From: Salpingoeca rosetta
Taxonomy: Eukaryota > Protista > Choanoflagellata
Assembly: GCA_033442325.1 (NCBI GenBank)
Contig: JAWQFM010000010.1
Coordinates: forward strand, 1,734,187-1,798,186
Length of the DNA: 64,000 bases
Reading direction: 5' to 3'
The notes beneath the pieces were generated by a model. It saw nothing but the letters and a program-made list of their open reading frames with translations. It was not told the origin of the DNA and did no database searches. Positions 22,834-40,749 of the stretch are shown here, piece after piece (within the stretch, counting starts at the first letter, position 1; every line of letters begins with the position of its first letter). The translations under genes were made by a program, and so were the position numbers.

Positions 22834-23320
22834 AAGTGTGCGCTCACGCGACTGCGGGTCTCATGCAACACACCACCACCGCCCCCCTCCACCCTACCAC
22901 CCGTCCGTTGCATGTGGAAAGACGGGCGAGTCGCGGCGGTTTGGGTTCATCACCTTCAAGCGGCAGGACGACGCTGATGCTGCCCGCGACAAGCTCAACG
23001 GCAGCGAGCTCGATGGCCGCAGCATCCGCGTCGATTACTCCGCCACCAAGCGGCCACACACCCCGACTCCCGGTGTCTACCTCGGCGGCGCAAGGTCTGC
23101 ATTTTGAACAGCCTGCTTGCTTGTTCGTTCGTTGGTTCGTTGGTTCGTTGGTTTGTCTGTGCATCGTGATGAGGGGAAGACATGCGTTCATGCGTTCATG
23201 CGTTCATGCGTTCATGCGTTCATGCGTTCATGCGTTCATGCGTTCACGCGACATGCACGTGCTGTGCTGTTGATTCCTACAGGGATCGCGGCCGCCCCCG
23301 CCGCAGCCGTTCTCGCAGCC
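21085..23320 (+). CDS. tra2: Transformer-2 SR-like splicing regulator (RS-RRM-RS); 3' end probably in or beyond the gap
   Basis: Exons 21085-21090 (MS), 21279-21312, 21448-21496, 21632-~21821, ~22007-22195, 22518-22646, 22922-23094, 23283-23320. [17 protein letters not shown]...RRFGFITF...[11 protein letters not shown] is followed by the Tra2-diagnostic linker [14 protein letters not shown]. Confidence 0.92.
23182..23245 (+). repeat. (ATGCGTTC)n octamer tandem repeat in a tra2 intron
   Basis: About 8 consecutive copies. Confidence 0.9.
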
Positions 23321-23351
23321 GTAAGCGCCAACCGCACACACATACGCACAG

Positions 23352-23445
<94 letters not shown>

Positions 23446-23626
23446 NNNNNNNNNNNNNNNNNNNNNNNNNNNNNNNNNNNNNNNNNNNNNNNNNNNNNNN
23501 NNNNNNNNNNNNNNNNNNNNNNNNNNNNNNNNNNNNNNNNNNNNNNNNNNNNNNNNNNNNNNNNNNNNNNNNNNNNNNNNNNNNNNNNNNNNNNNNNNNN
23601 NNNNNNNNNNNNNNNNNNNNNNNNNN
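23446..23626. other. Assembly gap (181 N)
   Basis: N run following a (CA)n tract. Confidence 0.98.
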
Positions 23627-24452
23627 TTTTCCCACCGCCTGCCCTCCCTCGCACCGTCACACCGCTTCCTTCTCCTTGCACCACACATACCCCAACACAT
23701 CCTCTCCGTTGCTTCGTCCCATGGACAACTGCACCCGGGCTTCAAGTCGCTTCCCAAACCCCAATCCCCAATCCAAGTCAAACCCTCCCCCCTCCATCAC
23801 CAACCAAGTCGATTCAAGACACCTCAAGTGGTTTCCCAATTGTTGGAACAAGTGCCCATCTCTCCTCCAAGATCCAAGCAATAGAACCCTCCATCCATCC
23901 ATCCATCCATTCCACTTCACGATTACAGCTTGCTCGCCGCTTGCTTGTTGCGTTGTTATGCACGCCGCGCCCACACCCACACCCGTTCGCGTCATATGCC
24001 TGCGTGCGTGCGTGCGTGCGTCATATGCCTGTGTGTGCACGGGCGTGTGCATGTGTGCATCAAAAGCGCCCCCCCCCACGCGTCATAGCGTCTCCCTGGG
24101 CGCGATCATTGCCACTCAGGTAAGAGCACCAGGTCCCCCCCCATATGCCATTGGCGTGGCAGCGTGTATACAACAGGGGGCGTCGCAAATGGAAGCACGG
24201 AATTTGACAGAAGGTACGTAAATGTAATGTAACAGACACGTAACAGCAAGCAGTGCGATTAACAGGAGCAGGCAGGAAGCAGCGAAGGAAGAGGAGGAGG
24301 AGGGACGCGGGGATAGCTGGTTTGAGAGGGATTATCACTTGGAAGAAGAGGCAGCAGCAAAGAGATGCGTGAACAGAACAGGTGATCACCACTACTAGCG
24401 GTAGCAGCACCAACCGCAGGGGACGTGCGTCACGACGACTGGATCATCACAG

Positions 24453-24530
24453 TCAGGATTCCGGCGCAGTCTTGGTGATGTCGCGGATGAGGCGGGATGG
24501 GTTCGCTGTTGGCAGCACACACACACACAC

Positions 24531-24587
<57 letters not shown>

Positions 24588-26268
24588 CAATTGTGAGGGT
24601 TGGTGCCAGTGTTACTGGTGTGCTGCAAGTGTGATGTGATGGCATGCTGACGTGTACAGTTGTTTCCACAGAGTGCGTGTGCACTGGTGGTCACATTATG
24701 TGCAATACAAACCTTGTTGCTCATCAGCTGTTTGGGCTGGACCGTAACATTGGCGACCAGCGACGCAGGAGAGACACGCGTGAGAAACAGATCAAAGGCG
24801 TTTCACACCACAACAGAACACACGCAGCAAACACGGCACAGCTGGCATGCAAGCACATCACAACCAACAACCATCACGATCAACAAGTACCCACGACCTG
24901 TTGCAAATACTCACCGACACCGGCTTGCTGCCGTGCAACAAATGTGCGCATGTGTTCGTCCACAGATCGAAAGATGCGTGCAGTCTGCTCCAGCACCTTC
25001 ACCTGCACGGTGGCGGTGAAGGAGGAGGGGAGGGAGGGAGGGGGATTACCAATACGGTGATGTGGTTGTGAGAGGATAACAGCGATGCGGCTGTGAACCG
25101 TGGAAGCGAAACAACACATGTCCACCCATGGATGGAGCGTGGCGCTACCTGGGCCTCCAGTTCCTTGAGCGGTTCGCTGTCCTTCTCCCTGTTCTCTTTG
25201 GAACCCGCATCCTAACATGGCAAACAATGGTGGTGATATTGGTTGCAGTGGTGACGACGAGGACGACGACGAAGTGGAAGTCATGCATAACCAACGCAGC
25301 CCTCGGACGCGCCTGCGCACACATACATACATACACATACATACACACATACATACATACATACATACATACACATATACATACATACATACACATACAT
25401 ACATACATATATACATACATACATGCGCACATCAGCACTCAACCTACCTGTGTGTCCTGTGTTGCATCAGTGAGTGTGTTGAGGCGGTGTGCGATGGCGG
25501 TGGCAGCGGCAACTGTTGCAGCAGCGTCACTGGTAGCAGTGGACCACTTGTCCTCCTCGGACGACAGCCGCGTGCGAGAGTTCTGGCACACAGGGGCGGC
25601 GGGTCACACGTGGTGTATATGCGTGTGTGTGTGTGCGTGTGTATGCGTGTGTGTGTGTGAGAGAGATGAAGTGTTGAGTGAGTCTACACGATTGCATCCA
25701 CAGATGCACACACACAACCACACACAAGCACAGGGGGTTGCGCACCTCGTAGAGCCTCAGGTTGCGTTTCATCTGTGAGTTCTTTGGGTTTGGCCTGTCA
25801 GCACCAGTACAATCGCACGGGCGTGTGAGACGGTCGTGCGCAGCTCACACACTGCCACGACACGAACACAGACACATGTTCAAGAACAATGCATGGACAC
25901 GAGCACACACAGACACACAGACACACACACACATACGCAGACACACAACAGCAAAGGCGACCTGAGAACGGGCGCCTCGACAGCAGCCTTATCCTCGCCA
26001 TCTTGCAGCAGCTCTGTCTTGAACGTTTCAGCCACCGCCTCCGCTGTGCATGTCAGCACAACAGGGACGCACGCACACGGGATACAGCACGTGAACAAGA
26101 AACGGCAACCGTGCCAGGTGCATGTGGGGCGACAAGACGTTGGTCCGAGACAAAAAGTCCAGGTGCACATTGTCTGCTCTCGGCTACACGACTCACCGTG
26201 TGTGTTGAAGCCCTTGAATGCGCTGGCATTGTTATTGGCCACGTTGGATATGGAGCGCTTTCAGCGGG

Positions 26269-26351
<83 letters not shown>

Positions 26352-26598
26352 TGTGTGTATGTGTGTGTATGTGTGTATGGAGTGTGAGGTTAGCAGAGAG
26401 TTGCTTCCGGGGGTTACAACTGCATCTAGCAGCGGCCTGCAACAGCAACACCAAGGGAGGCACCAGCCCCTCTCACCTCCAAGCACATGGATACGAGACG
26501 CATGAACCGCTCCTCTGACGGAAGATCGTCGCTTATGTCGGTGTAAATGGCAGCTATCGCGGGTAGGGGTGGATAAGTTGGTGTCACAGAGCATTGCA

Positions 26599-26663
<65 letters not shown>

Positions 26664-27604
26664 TGTGCGTGTGCGCATGTGTGTGCGCGTGTGTGTGAGG
26701 GATCGGGGTTGTGAGGTGCAGATCATGCAGATCACAACGCATCGTGGCATAGAGGGGAAAAGTCACAACTCTAAGCATGCACCATCCACACCGAGATGCA
26801 CATACATGGACACGCGTGCACAGGCACAGGGGTTCACAACAACAGCACACGAGCCACGTACTTGGGTCGAGGGACTTTGCGACTTCCATGTGAACGAGGG
26901 AGCGGCGTTCACTGCGACCGGTTGACTTTCGTCGATGCTCAGCCTGTGGATGCACGACAGTGGGACACACAAACACGAGCAAGTGCCAACACACAATTGT
27001 CAGTGAGTAGCACGCCCACTGTGCGCGCGCATGTTAGAGGACAGACATGGCGTTTGGAGTGTGCTGCAGAGCACGTACATCGTGTGTCTTTGGTCGCTTC
27101 AACTTTGGCATGTCCTCCTCCAGTGAGGCCCTGGACAAGGACAACCACAGCCATGCATATAAGAATCGCGTGTGGCTGTTGTTGTTGTTGTTGTTGTTGC
27201 TGCTGCATTCAGCAAACGCCAACTACAACAACACGCAACAGACATCAACGGGTGCAAGATGCAAGCGCTTGCTGGTTGCATGAAGCTACACATGGTTTGA
27301 ACACCGCGCCCAGGTTTAGCACGCCATCATCACCTTCATCACCATCACACACACAAACGCAAAGGCAAGTGCCATGCATGCAACAATGCGGCAAGGGCAG
27401 TGGTGATTGTTGTTGTAGTAGTGGTGGTTGAGCCAGCGCCGCTCGTGCGGCTGTGTGTACGTGTGTGATTGTTGCATTGTGTGCGTGCGTGCGGTGACCA
27501 ATGGGCAAATGGGCCAATGGGCAAATGGGTGGTGGTGGTGGTGATGGTATAACGACTCACCCGCTGCCCATGCGACTGCTGCTACTGCTCGCTCCGTTGC
27601 CCAT
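24453..27604 (-). CDS. Probable kinetochore Mis12-complex subunit Dsn1/Mis13
   Basis: About 12 small exons that join in phase: ...MPKLKRPKTHD|AEHRRKSTGRSERRSLVHMEVAKSLDP|KERFMRLVSMCLE|...|APVLRPNPKNSQMKRNLRLYE|NSRTRLSSEEDKW...|...ANPSRLIRDITKTAPES*. Basic RRxS motifs, a helical head and PNPxN followed by a coiled coil ending in W match Dsn1/Mis13 features. The start codon is uncertain. Confidence 0.6.
26272..26348. repeat. (GA)n microsatellite; reads (TC)n on the minus-strand gene and acts as a polypyrimidine tract
   Basis: Lies just 5' of the acceptor near 26258 on the minus strand. Confidence 0.85.
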
Positions 27605-28193
27605 TGTTGCTTCAGGTGATGATGATGATGATGATGATGTTGTGTTGTGTGATGTGCGCTCACCCCCATCAACAATGCACAATGCAACCCGCAACGGTCA
27701 ACAGGCAGCGACACCACAAAAAATCGACTGTCTCTCCCTCTGTTGGTTCGCCGTTGCCTGCCTGAGTTGCTGCTCTTGGTGTTCGACTAGCACTGGGTGT
27801 TACTTGATGCGACCAACTCCACGCGAGCGTGGCAAAGCGCACAGTTATTACAGCGACTGATCCAAGAAGCAGTCAGCAAACGAGTCTCGAAAGCTATGGT
27901 TACGAGCAGAGAAGGGGGGTAGTTATGCTGCAGCTACAACATCAAAACAAAGTGCGCTGGCGACATTTGATGCGCAAGGGATTCAACAAAGGAACAACAA
28001 ACACCGAATACTATCGCATATGTGCAGGTTACTTGGGAGGGAGTTGCGTACTTGGGTGGGAGGAAAGGGAAGATAAATCAACAAAAGGGTGGTGATGGTG
28101 AAAAAAGGTGAGGAGCAAGAAGGCTGGCAAGACAAAATCAAGGGCAAAAGAGTGGGAAGGAAGACATGAGGTTTGGGCATTTCAACCAACATA

Positions 28194-30278
28194 TCAAGAA
28201 GACGAAGAAGTTGTGTGGCCGACGACAGTGTTGGTGGTGCGTGTGGCGAGGGCGGTGGAGATGCGGCGCTGGTGGTGACGATGACGGTGGTGGCGGCGGC
28301 GGCCATGCTGTGCCTTTGATGACGATGCCGCACGCGTGGTGGCGCGTGCCTTGCTTCGTGTGGTCTTTGGCGCAGGGATGCTGGTGCGCGTTGCCCTGTG
28401 CTTGTGGTGGGTTCGGTTCTCCTGCTCGCTGTTGCTGTGGCGCTGGCAGAGAAAGGGCGTGTCGCTGTTGGCGGTCAAGCCGTCCGCGCCTCGGGCACTA
28501 AGGTCCCCATGCGGTGCCGCACACACGGCCGCAGGCAGCTGCAGCACGCGCGACTGGTGCTGGTGCTGGTGCTGGTGCTGCGCAGCGGATGGTGTTGTGA
28601 TGGAGGCAGGGCTGCTGGACTGGTGGCTACCAGCCATGGGTTGTTGCTGCTGCTGTTGGTGTTGGTGTTGTTGCTGCTGGTGTTGCCTTTGTTGTTGAAG
28701 TTGATGAAGTTGCAGCAGCAGCTGCTGCTGCTGTTGTGGTTGCGCTGTCGCGGCTGCTGCTGCAACGGCTGCCAGGACGGCAGCTGTTGGGGCCGTTGGC
28801 AGCGTCGGTGATGGTGCGAGCGGCAAAGGCACCGGCACCTGCTGTTGTTGGTGCTGCTGGTGCTGGAAGTGCTGCTGGGGCTGGTGCTGGTGCTGGTGCT
28901 CGCGCAGGTCGCGGTAGCCGATGATGTAGTCGATGAGGACTTGCTCGTCGCTGTATGCCACCAGCTCGGGTCCGTCGGCGACATTGCCCAGGACCGAGTC
29001 GAACCCTGCGGGCGGGGAGTGGATGAGCGGCGGGAAGATGGTGCGGTCTGGGACGCGGAAGATGCGGCCAGGGAGCACGCGCACGGCGAGCATGAAGCGG
29101 ATCTCGCCCGGCTGGGTCGTGCGCGCGCGCCAGTAGGTGTTGGCCTTGTTTGGCTCGAGCGCCGTGTAGATGCCGCGGCCAAAGCAGCCGATACGGGAGC
29201 ACTCCTTGCGCAGGCCAAACGCATGCACGGTGTTGATGTTTGGTGCAGACGTGCAGTGAAAGGCGCGCAGCTCCAGGTCCGGGTGCAGCACCATGGGCTG
29301 GTTGTCATCGCTGTTGTCGTCGTTGTTGTCGGACTTGTCGTTGCAATTGCTGTTGTTGCTGGGGACGGCAGCACCGGTGCCACTAGTGCTGTCCGTGACG
29401 CTGCCGGAGGTGCTGCATGTCTGCTCCGTGCCTGCTGCAGGCCTATGTGCCCGCTGTTGTTCCAGCTGCTCGAGAAGTGCTTGCCTGCGCTGCTTGTAAG
29501 CCTTTCTCAAGTGCGTGTTCTGCACACGGGCCTGTTTTAGGGGGAGGGGGGAGACAGGGAAGGGGAGTATGGTGAGTGGCAGTAAAACAGAGAAAGAAGC
29601 GGGGGGTGGGGGTGGTGGTGAAGGCAAGGGTGTGGTACACATGCGTGCGTGTATGCATTGGAGTGTATGCATGTGCGTGTATGTATTGGTGTGTATGTGT
29701 GTGCGTGTATGTATTGGTGTGTATTGATGTGTATGTGTTGTGCATGTATGCAATCAAAACAAGCATGCCAATGAGAACTACAGAGAACTACATGTACACA
29801 CACACACACACAGACACAGAAACACACACACAGACACAGACACAGAAACACACACACACACACACAGATACACACACACAGATACACAGACACACACGCG
29901 CGCAGGTGAACTCACCATGTTGATGACCTGCAGGTGTGGGGGGAAGAAGCGAGTGATGTGTTCTTGGACGGGGACGTCAATGACGTGACACCGCAGCTCG
30001 TTGTTGAGCATGACCTTGAGGCCTGAGATGGAGCAAGGCTCTGTTGGGTTGTGCTCGCACTTGCATCTGTGCCATGGATCGACCTCCCACAAAGGGGAAG
30101 AAGCTTCGTGGCAGTGTGCATGTGGTGCAGACGAGCAAGCCGGCGCATGCTCTGGTTGATGGTGATTATCGCAGTGCGGTTGCTGGACAGGCATGGTGGC
30201 TGCCGTCGTTGTTGCTGGTGGTGGGGCTGATGGGGCTGATAGGGCTGATGAGGGTGCTGGGATGTTGTTGCTTGACAT
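28194..30278 (-). CDS. PARP/ARTD catalytic-domain protein with H-Y-E triad and polyQ/His tail, about 566 aa
   Basis: Two exons, 30278-29916 and 29531-28194, joined in phase 0. Motifs RVQNTHLRKAY, AFHCTS, FGRGIYTA, KANTY, RFMLAVRVLPG, PPAGFDSV and PELVAYSDEQVLIDYII follow the PARP catalytic fold. Confidence 0.85.
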
Positions 30279-31388
30279 CGACGTGTGTGGTTTGGGGGAA
30301 GAAGAAAATGACAGGTTGGGGAACGTTGCGTCCGCAAGCCAAGGTCACCAATAGTGGTGGCGGCGGCGGCGGTGGTGGTGGTGGTGCGGGAAGCTTGGTT
30401 ACTTCGCTTACAGGCCGAGGACGAAAATGATGAAGCGACGATGAAGCGACTCAAACGCGATCTTGGTCACTTCTCAGCACACGAAGAAAGGGCAGAAGAC
30501 GACGATGCAATGACGTAAAGGTGGTGGATGTGTGGGTATGAAGACCAAGTCGTTGGTGGGGTTCCAAGAAAAGGAGAGGGATGGCGGCCGAAGAACACAA
30601 AGATGACCCGAAGAAGAGCAGCAACAAAGCAATGGACTACCACCCAAATCAAAACTTCAAACGTTGGCAGGTGCTAGGTATGTGCGAGAAGCAGGTGGTG
30701 GTTGGTGGTGGTGGTGATAGTGATGTGAGTGCTGCTGGCAAATTAATGTGCATAGCACCTGAGCCAGGCCTGTGGATGGTGGTGGTGGTGGTGGCGTGTG
30801 CAGGGGTGGGGAGAGGGTTCGGTGACGGTGGTGGTGGGCATTGAGGAAGGGAATGAAGGCGTTTGAGTTGCGTCAAGGGAAAAGACAATGGTCGTTGCCG
30901 CAACGTGGGGCTCACAAGGCCATCACACGCACCCGCGTGTGCCATGACGCCATTGAGGGCGTTTCAACCTTGACATTATTCACTTGCAGCAGTTGCAGCA
31001 AGCAAGCAAGCATCAAAAAAGCCCACAAGAGCAAACGAAGAGACACAACAAGAGCAAACACAAGAGCGTGCCTTCAAAACACCAGGTTGGTTGCCCACGC
31101 TCACGTTTCACAGGGGCGACCACAAAAGCGCACACAGTCTTGCGTCAAACAAAAGATGCCAAATTGATGACTTCGGGGCACCGAAGTCGTCGGGGTGAAG
31201 TCAGCAGTGGAGCGTGCTTTCGCAGAAATGAGTCGTGCCAACAACAACGAGTTCCAAGAAATCACACCCAACCACTCTGTGACGTCATTTCTCAGAAAAC
31301 GCCACCGCCTTGATTGTGTTTAGCGCACTTAAACGATTTTTGGCCAGATTGTTTATATTTTCAAACGATTTTCCAATTCCAAGACAAA

Positions 31389-33255
<1,867 letters not shown>

Positions 33256-33987
33256 GGAACGTGGCCCGTGGCCAGCTGCCATGCCATCTGTCCCCGCCCG
33301 CAACAATGTGTTCCTTGTTTCTCTGCCCTCATCATGCTTGGGTGTTACATTCTGCGACCACTTTCACACAGCCACTCGCTTAATCGAACCCCCTTCTCCC
33401 CCTCTCCTCAATGGTGATGTTGGACTGTGTTTGGTGCGCAGTTGTTGGCGTTGCGACGTTTGTGGTGGGGGGTTTTCGTTTCATTTCGAATACAACAACG
33501 ACATTGAGACACACACGCGCGCGCACATGTCAGCGCAAGTAGTCATCAAAGAGTGGGCACCGGACAACAGCACACGCACACACACACACACTCACATGCA
33601 CACACACACTCACATGCACACACACACACACATGCACACTCACATGCACATGCACACACACACACACACAGAGGTAAATGCCATGCGCACACGAGCAAGC
33701 ATGCATGCACGCACACACAGACATGTGCATGTCGTACAGCAAGCTTCAACACTCACGCCACCCAGAGTGGTGTGCTGGTTAACGACAACGACAACAGCAG
33801 CGACACTGCTATGACGAGGGCAGCAAGGCGCGACACAGGCAGGCTTCCGACACCATCTTGAGCCAAGCCAACAACAAAAGACAAGAAGAACCACAACAAA
33901 AACGAGGAAAAGCACAACATGAACAAGAACAAGAACGACCGCTACCACCAATATCACCACTGCCACCGCCGTGGGCGTGCGTTGCCA

Positions 33988-34974
33988 TCAGTGTGCGTCA
34001 CGCTCGCCGGGCTTGCCTGCCACGCGCTTGAACTCGGCCATGTTGGTGGTGTCGCGCGGCGTGCCAATCAGCTCAATGTAGTTGATTGCCGTCGTGTCCT
34101 CGCCACCGTGGTTGTCCACCACAAACAGCTGCAGCAGTTGATTGATTTTGATTGGTTGGTTGGTTGTGGTTGTTGTTATTGGTTGTTCATGAGTGTCGGA
34201 GCGAGGGGTTGAAGGGGCATTGGGCATTGATGGTTTGAGGGGCCGGGGAAGGAAAAACACACACGAAAAAACGCGTATGCCAAAAGCGCGGATACATGCG
34301 CAGGCACGCGGGCCGAGACAAAACATGGCCTCACCGTGACGCTGTTGACGTTCTGCAGCTTCACAAATCGCAGCTCAATCGGCTCGCCCTGATGACAGCA
34401 CACGTAATCGAGTGGTGTGCGGATATGGTGAGGGACACCAGCACGCCTCAGAACAAACACACGCATACACAACGAAACGAGCACATCAGAACTAACACAC
34501 ACACACAAAAAAAAAAAAGATCTCTGCACCTGGATTTGGCTCTCTGTGAGCGTGAGGGTCTGCACGGGCTCAATCTTCTCCGCATCGTCAAAATCCTGAC
34601 GTCCACACGCGGGTGAGTGAATATGAGTGAATATGAGTGCGTGTGGGTGATGCGTGTGAGTATGGTGATGCAAGTGTTGTTGGATGCAGAGAGATGCGAA
34701 TGGGAAAACACAGGGAAGGTATTGGAAGGAGGCGACAGAACAAACACGGCAAGTGCGCACAAAATACACACTGACAGCAAAGTAGACAACAAACACTGCA
34801 GCCCACGCCACGCTACGCCACGTAAGCACGTACGAGGCTGGTGGTTCTGTTCTGGAAGAGCTTGATGGTGAGCGGGGCGCGGCCATCGGTCGGGGCAACG
34901 ACGCGCATCGAGTGCAGCTTCACAGGAAGCGTGAAGTTGAGCGCAATCATCAGCTGTGGTTGTTGTTGGTGGCG

Positions 34975-35040
<66 letters not shown>

Positions 35041-36501
35041 GGGGTGAGCGAGGCGGAGGAAGAACAACGGGCATGTTGAGTGATGGAACACCCACAGGCG
35101 ACAAATGCAGTCGCGTCACACAAACAATGCCACAATCACACCAAACAAACACTCAAATACAGTCACTATACTGCACACAATGTCACATACACACACGTGT
35201 GAGTGAGTGAGTGTGTGTGTGTGTGTGGACCTGTTCGTCGCAGTCGCTCTCTAGGAACGTGTCCTCGTCATCTGTGAGCGCGTGCTCCAGCGGGTGGTCG
35301 TCGTTCTGGTTCAGGCACTCCATCTGCGCCTTGTTCACAAACTTGTTCAGCACCCACTATCGTATGTGTGACAATATGTGTGTGTGTGTGTGCGATTCAG
35401 TGTTGGCGTGTGTTTGGAAGGTGTTGGGAAGTTAAATTCGTTGTCAGGCAAGTGCGACGCGGCCTCATCGTTGCATCACCACACAACACGCCCCCCCCCC
35501 ACACACACAATTTCTGTGACTGTGCGTGCTCACCTGGCCCCGCACAACGCTGTCGGATTCGGCACCGCCGGATTCTGAGAGCAGCCGCTTCAACGTCTGC
35601 TCAAGGCGCTCGGGGTCTGCGCCAGAGAACGACTCCACCACTTGCGTGCCTTGCACAAACTTGAACGTGGGCATGGACGACACATTGTACACGCGCTTCA
35701 CCTCCTGTGTTTTTGTTGTGCCGAGAAGGTGACAGTATGAGGGTGGCGTGGGTGGTCGACAAATTGTGGCGGAAACAGACGCAAACGTGGCGTCAGTGAC
35801 CAAATGCAAACACACCCAACCACATGAACAACAACATCTCGAGCAAAACACGATGGAGATGCAGACTGAAGGCAAACAGACAACGCCATCATCGCGTCAT
35901 ACACACACACACACACCTTGAGTTTGTCGACGTCCACCTTGAAGAAGGCTGCATCTGGGTATTTGTCTGAGAGGGAGCTGAAGAATGGCGCAATCTGCCG
36001 GCAAGGGCCGCACCTGACGTTAGTGTGTGTGTGCAATTAGAAACAAACGAGAACAAGAAGAGGGGGAGGAAGAGGGGGAGGGGAGGAAAAGGGGAGGGGA
36101 GAAAGAGGGGGCAAAATGGTGGCGGTGGTGAGATGATGGCAGTGCTGTTTCAAGCAATACCGAACACACACAGGAAGAAGCACTAGCAACTTCCAGTGAA
36201 AGTACACAAGGCAGGCAAGCAAGATGGCAAACTCCACACACACACACACATACACATGCACATACATACATACATACATACATACACACAAACATTTCGT
36301 GGACAACGAAACAAAGCCATGAATGAAGACGATGCACATGTTTCCGTCCGTCGTCGAAGCACCACTTTTTGCACATACACGCATACACATACACACCATC
36401 ACTCACCACTCGGCGAAGAAGTCAATGACAATGACCTTCTGCGTTGATGCCTTCACGGCATCAAAGAACTCTGCATCTGTAGAGAACGTGGTCACGGGCA
36501 T
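33988..36501 (-). CDS. TXNL1: Thioredoxin-like protein 1 (thioredoxin + PITH domain)
   Basis: IDFFAEW|CGPC active site split by an intron; MPTF; PITH motifs [35 protein letters not shown]; C-terminus [16 protein letters not shown]. Confidence 0.95.
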
Positions 36502-36673
36502 GGTGGTGTTGCTTGCTTCGGTTGTTCTGTTGGTTGGACGAGCGAAACGGTTCCGTTTATGCAGTTTATGATGTTTGAGATCATATGACTGAATTCAGTC
36601 GCAGTTCTTCACGAAGGACTCATTGCTGTTCCTCAGCGCGCAACACATCATCCACTCACATTATCATCGCGCA

Positions 36674-36747
<74 letters not shown>

Positions 36748-36898
36748 CTCTCTCGCCGCTCTCCCCCTGAGATCGTCGTCTCATCATCGCTCAGTCAGCA
36801 CCACCAACATTCGACGCTACCTTATCCTCCTCCTGCTCTCACTCACTCTTCCACTCTTCATCACACACGTAGAGAGACAGAGCACTCGGAGCATCGCC

Positions 36899-39721
<2,823 letters not shown>

Positions 39722-40007
39722 CTGGTCTCTGACACACACACACACACAGGACACTCTGTCGTCACAAGCTTTTCATGTACACGTGTTTAAGTGTTTATTC
39801 CTCTCTGGTTTTGTTTTGGTTTCCGCTGGTTTGTGGTCCTAATATGCGGCGTGGAATTCACAGTAGACAGCGAAATTGCAAGCAAGAGAGCAAAAGTCTT
39901 CAATTCAGCACCCACACACACACACACACCACAACGTCAGCACCAGCGCTAGCCGCCACCAATCACCGCCACAGCAAGAACCACAACAATCACCGCCCTG
40001 CTCATTA

Positions 40008-40344
40008 TCAGCTGCTTCCTGTGGGTCTCCTCGTAGGTCCCCTATCCTTCACCTGACCACCACCACCACCACCGCTGCTGCTGCTGCTGTTACCAACACT
40101 CCTGCGCAGCGCCGCTGCTTTGGCCTCGCGCTGCAGGCCCGGCACCACCACGTCCGCGATGGTCGCAATCTCCGCAGCAGAGGGGTGGCCGTGGGCCTGT
40201 GGGACGAGAAGCGAGGGGTAGCGTTGGAAGTCAAGTGGGGTGGAGTGGAGGTCAATGGGCAGATACAAAGGCATGCACAGAAGCAAAGCAAAGTTGCGCA
40301 CAGAAGCGAGACACACACGGATATATACACACACACACATGCAC

Positions 40345-40379
<35 letters not shown>

Positions 40380-40692
40380 CATGTCGTACCCGCCATCGAA
40401 TGCGCCCGCGTGGATCGAGGATGAAGCAGAAGCACGTGTAAGGCGAAAAAAGCTGTATAAAGGAAGCGAATGGCAAGGTGAGGGCATGATGCGCACCGTG
40501 CTCAGAGACGAGACACATGTTCAGGCGCGCACACAGCACACACACACACGCACACACAGAGTCATCCGCTACCGAAAGCTCGTCTTTGATGCTGTCAACG
40601 TTGTCCTTCACAATGCATACATGGTCCTGTTCGCACAGCAAAGTTGCATGGACACATATGTGAGTAACGAGCAATGCATACACACGAACGCG

Positions 40693-40749
<57 letters not shown>

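Noticed and set aside
31280-31287. TGACGTCA (CRE-like palindrome) upstream of dUTPase
   Set aside because: A single 8-mer is expected by chance in 64 kb, and there is no supporting evidence.
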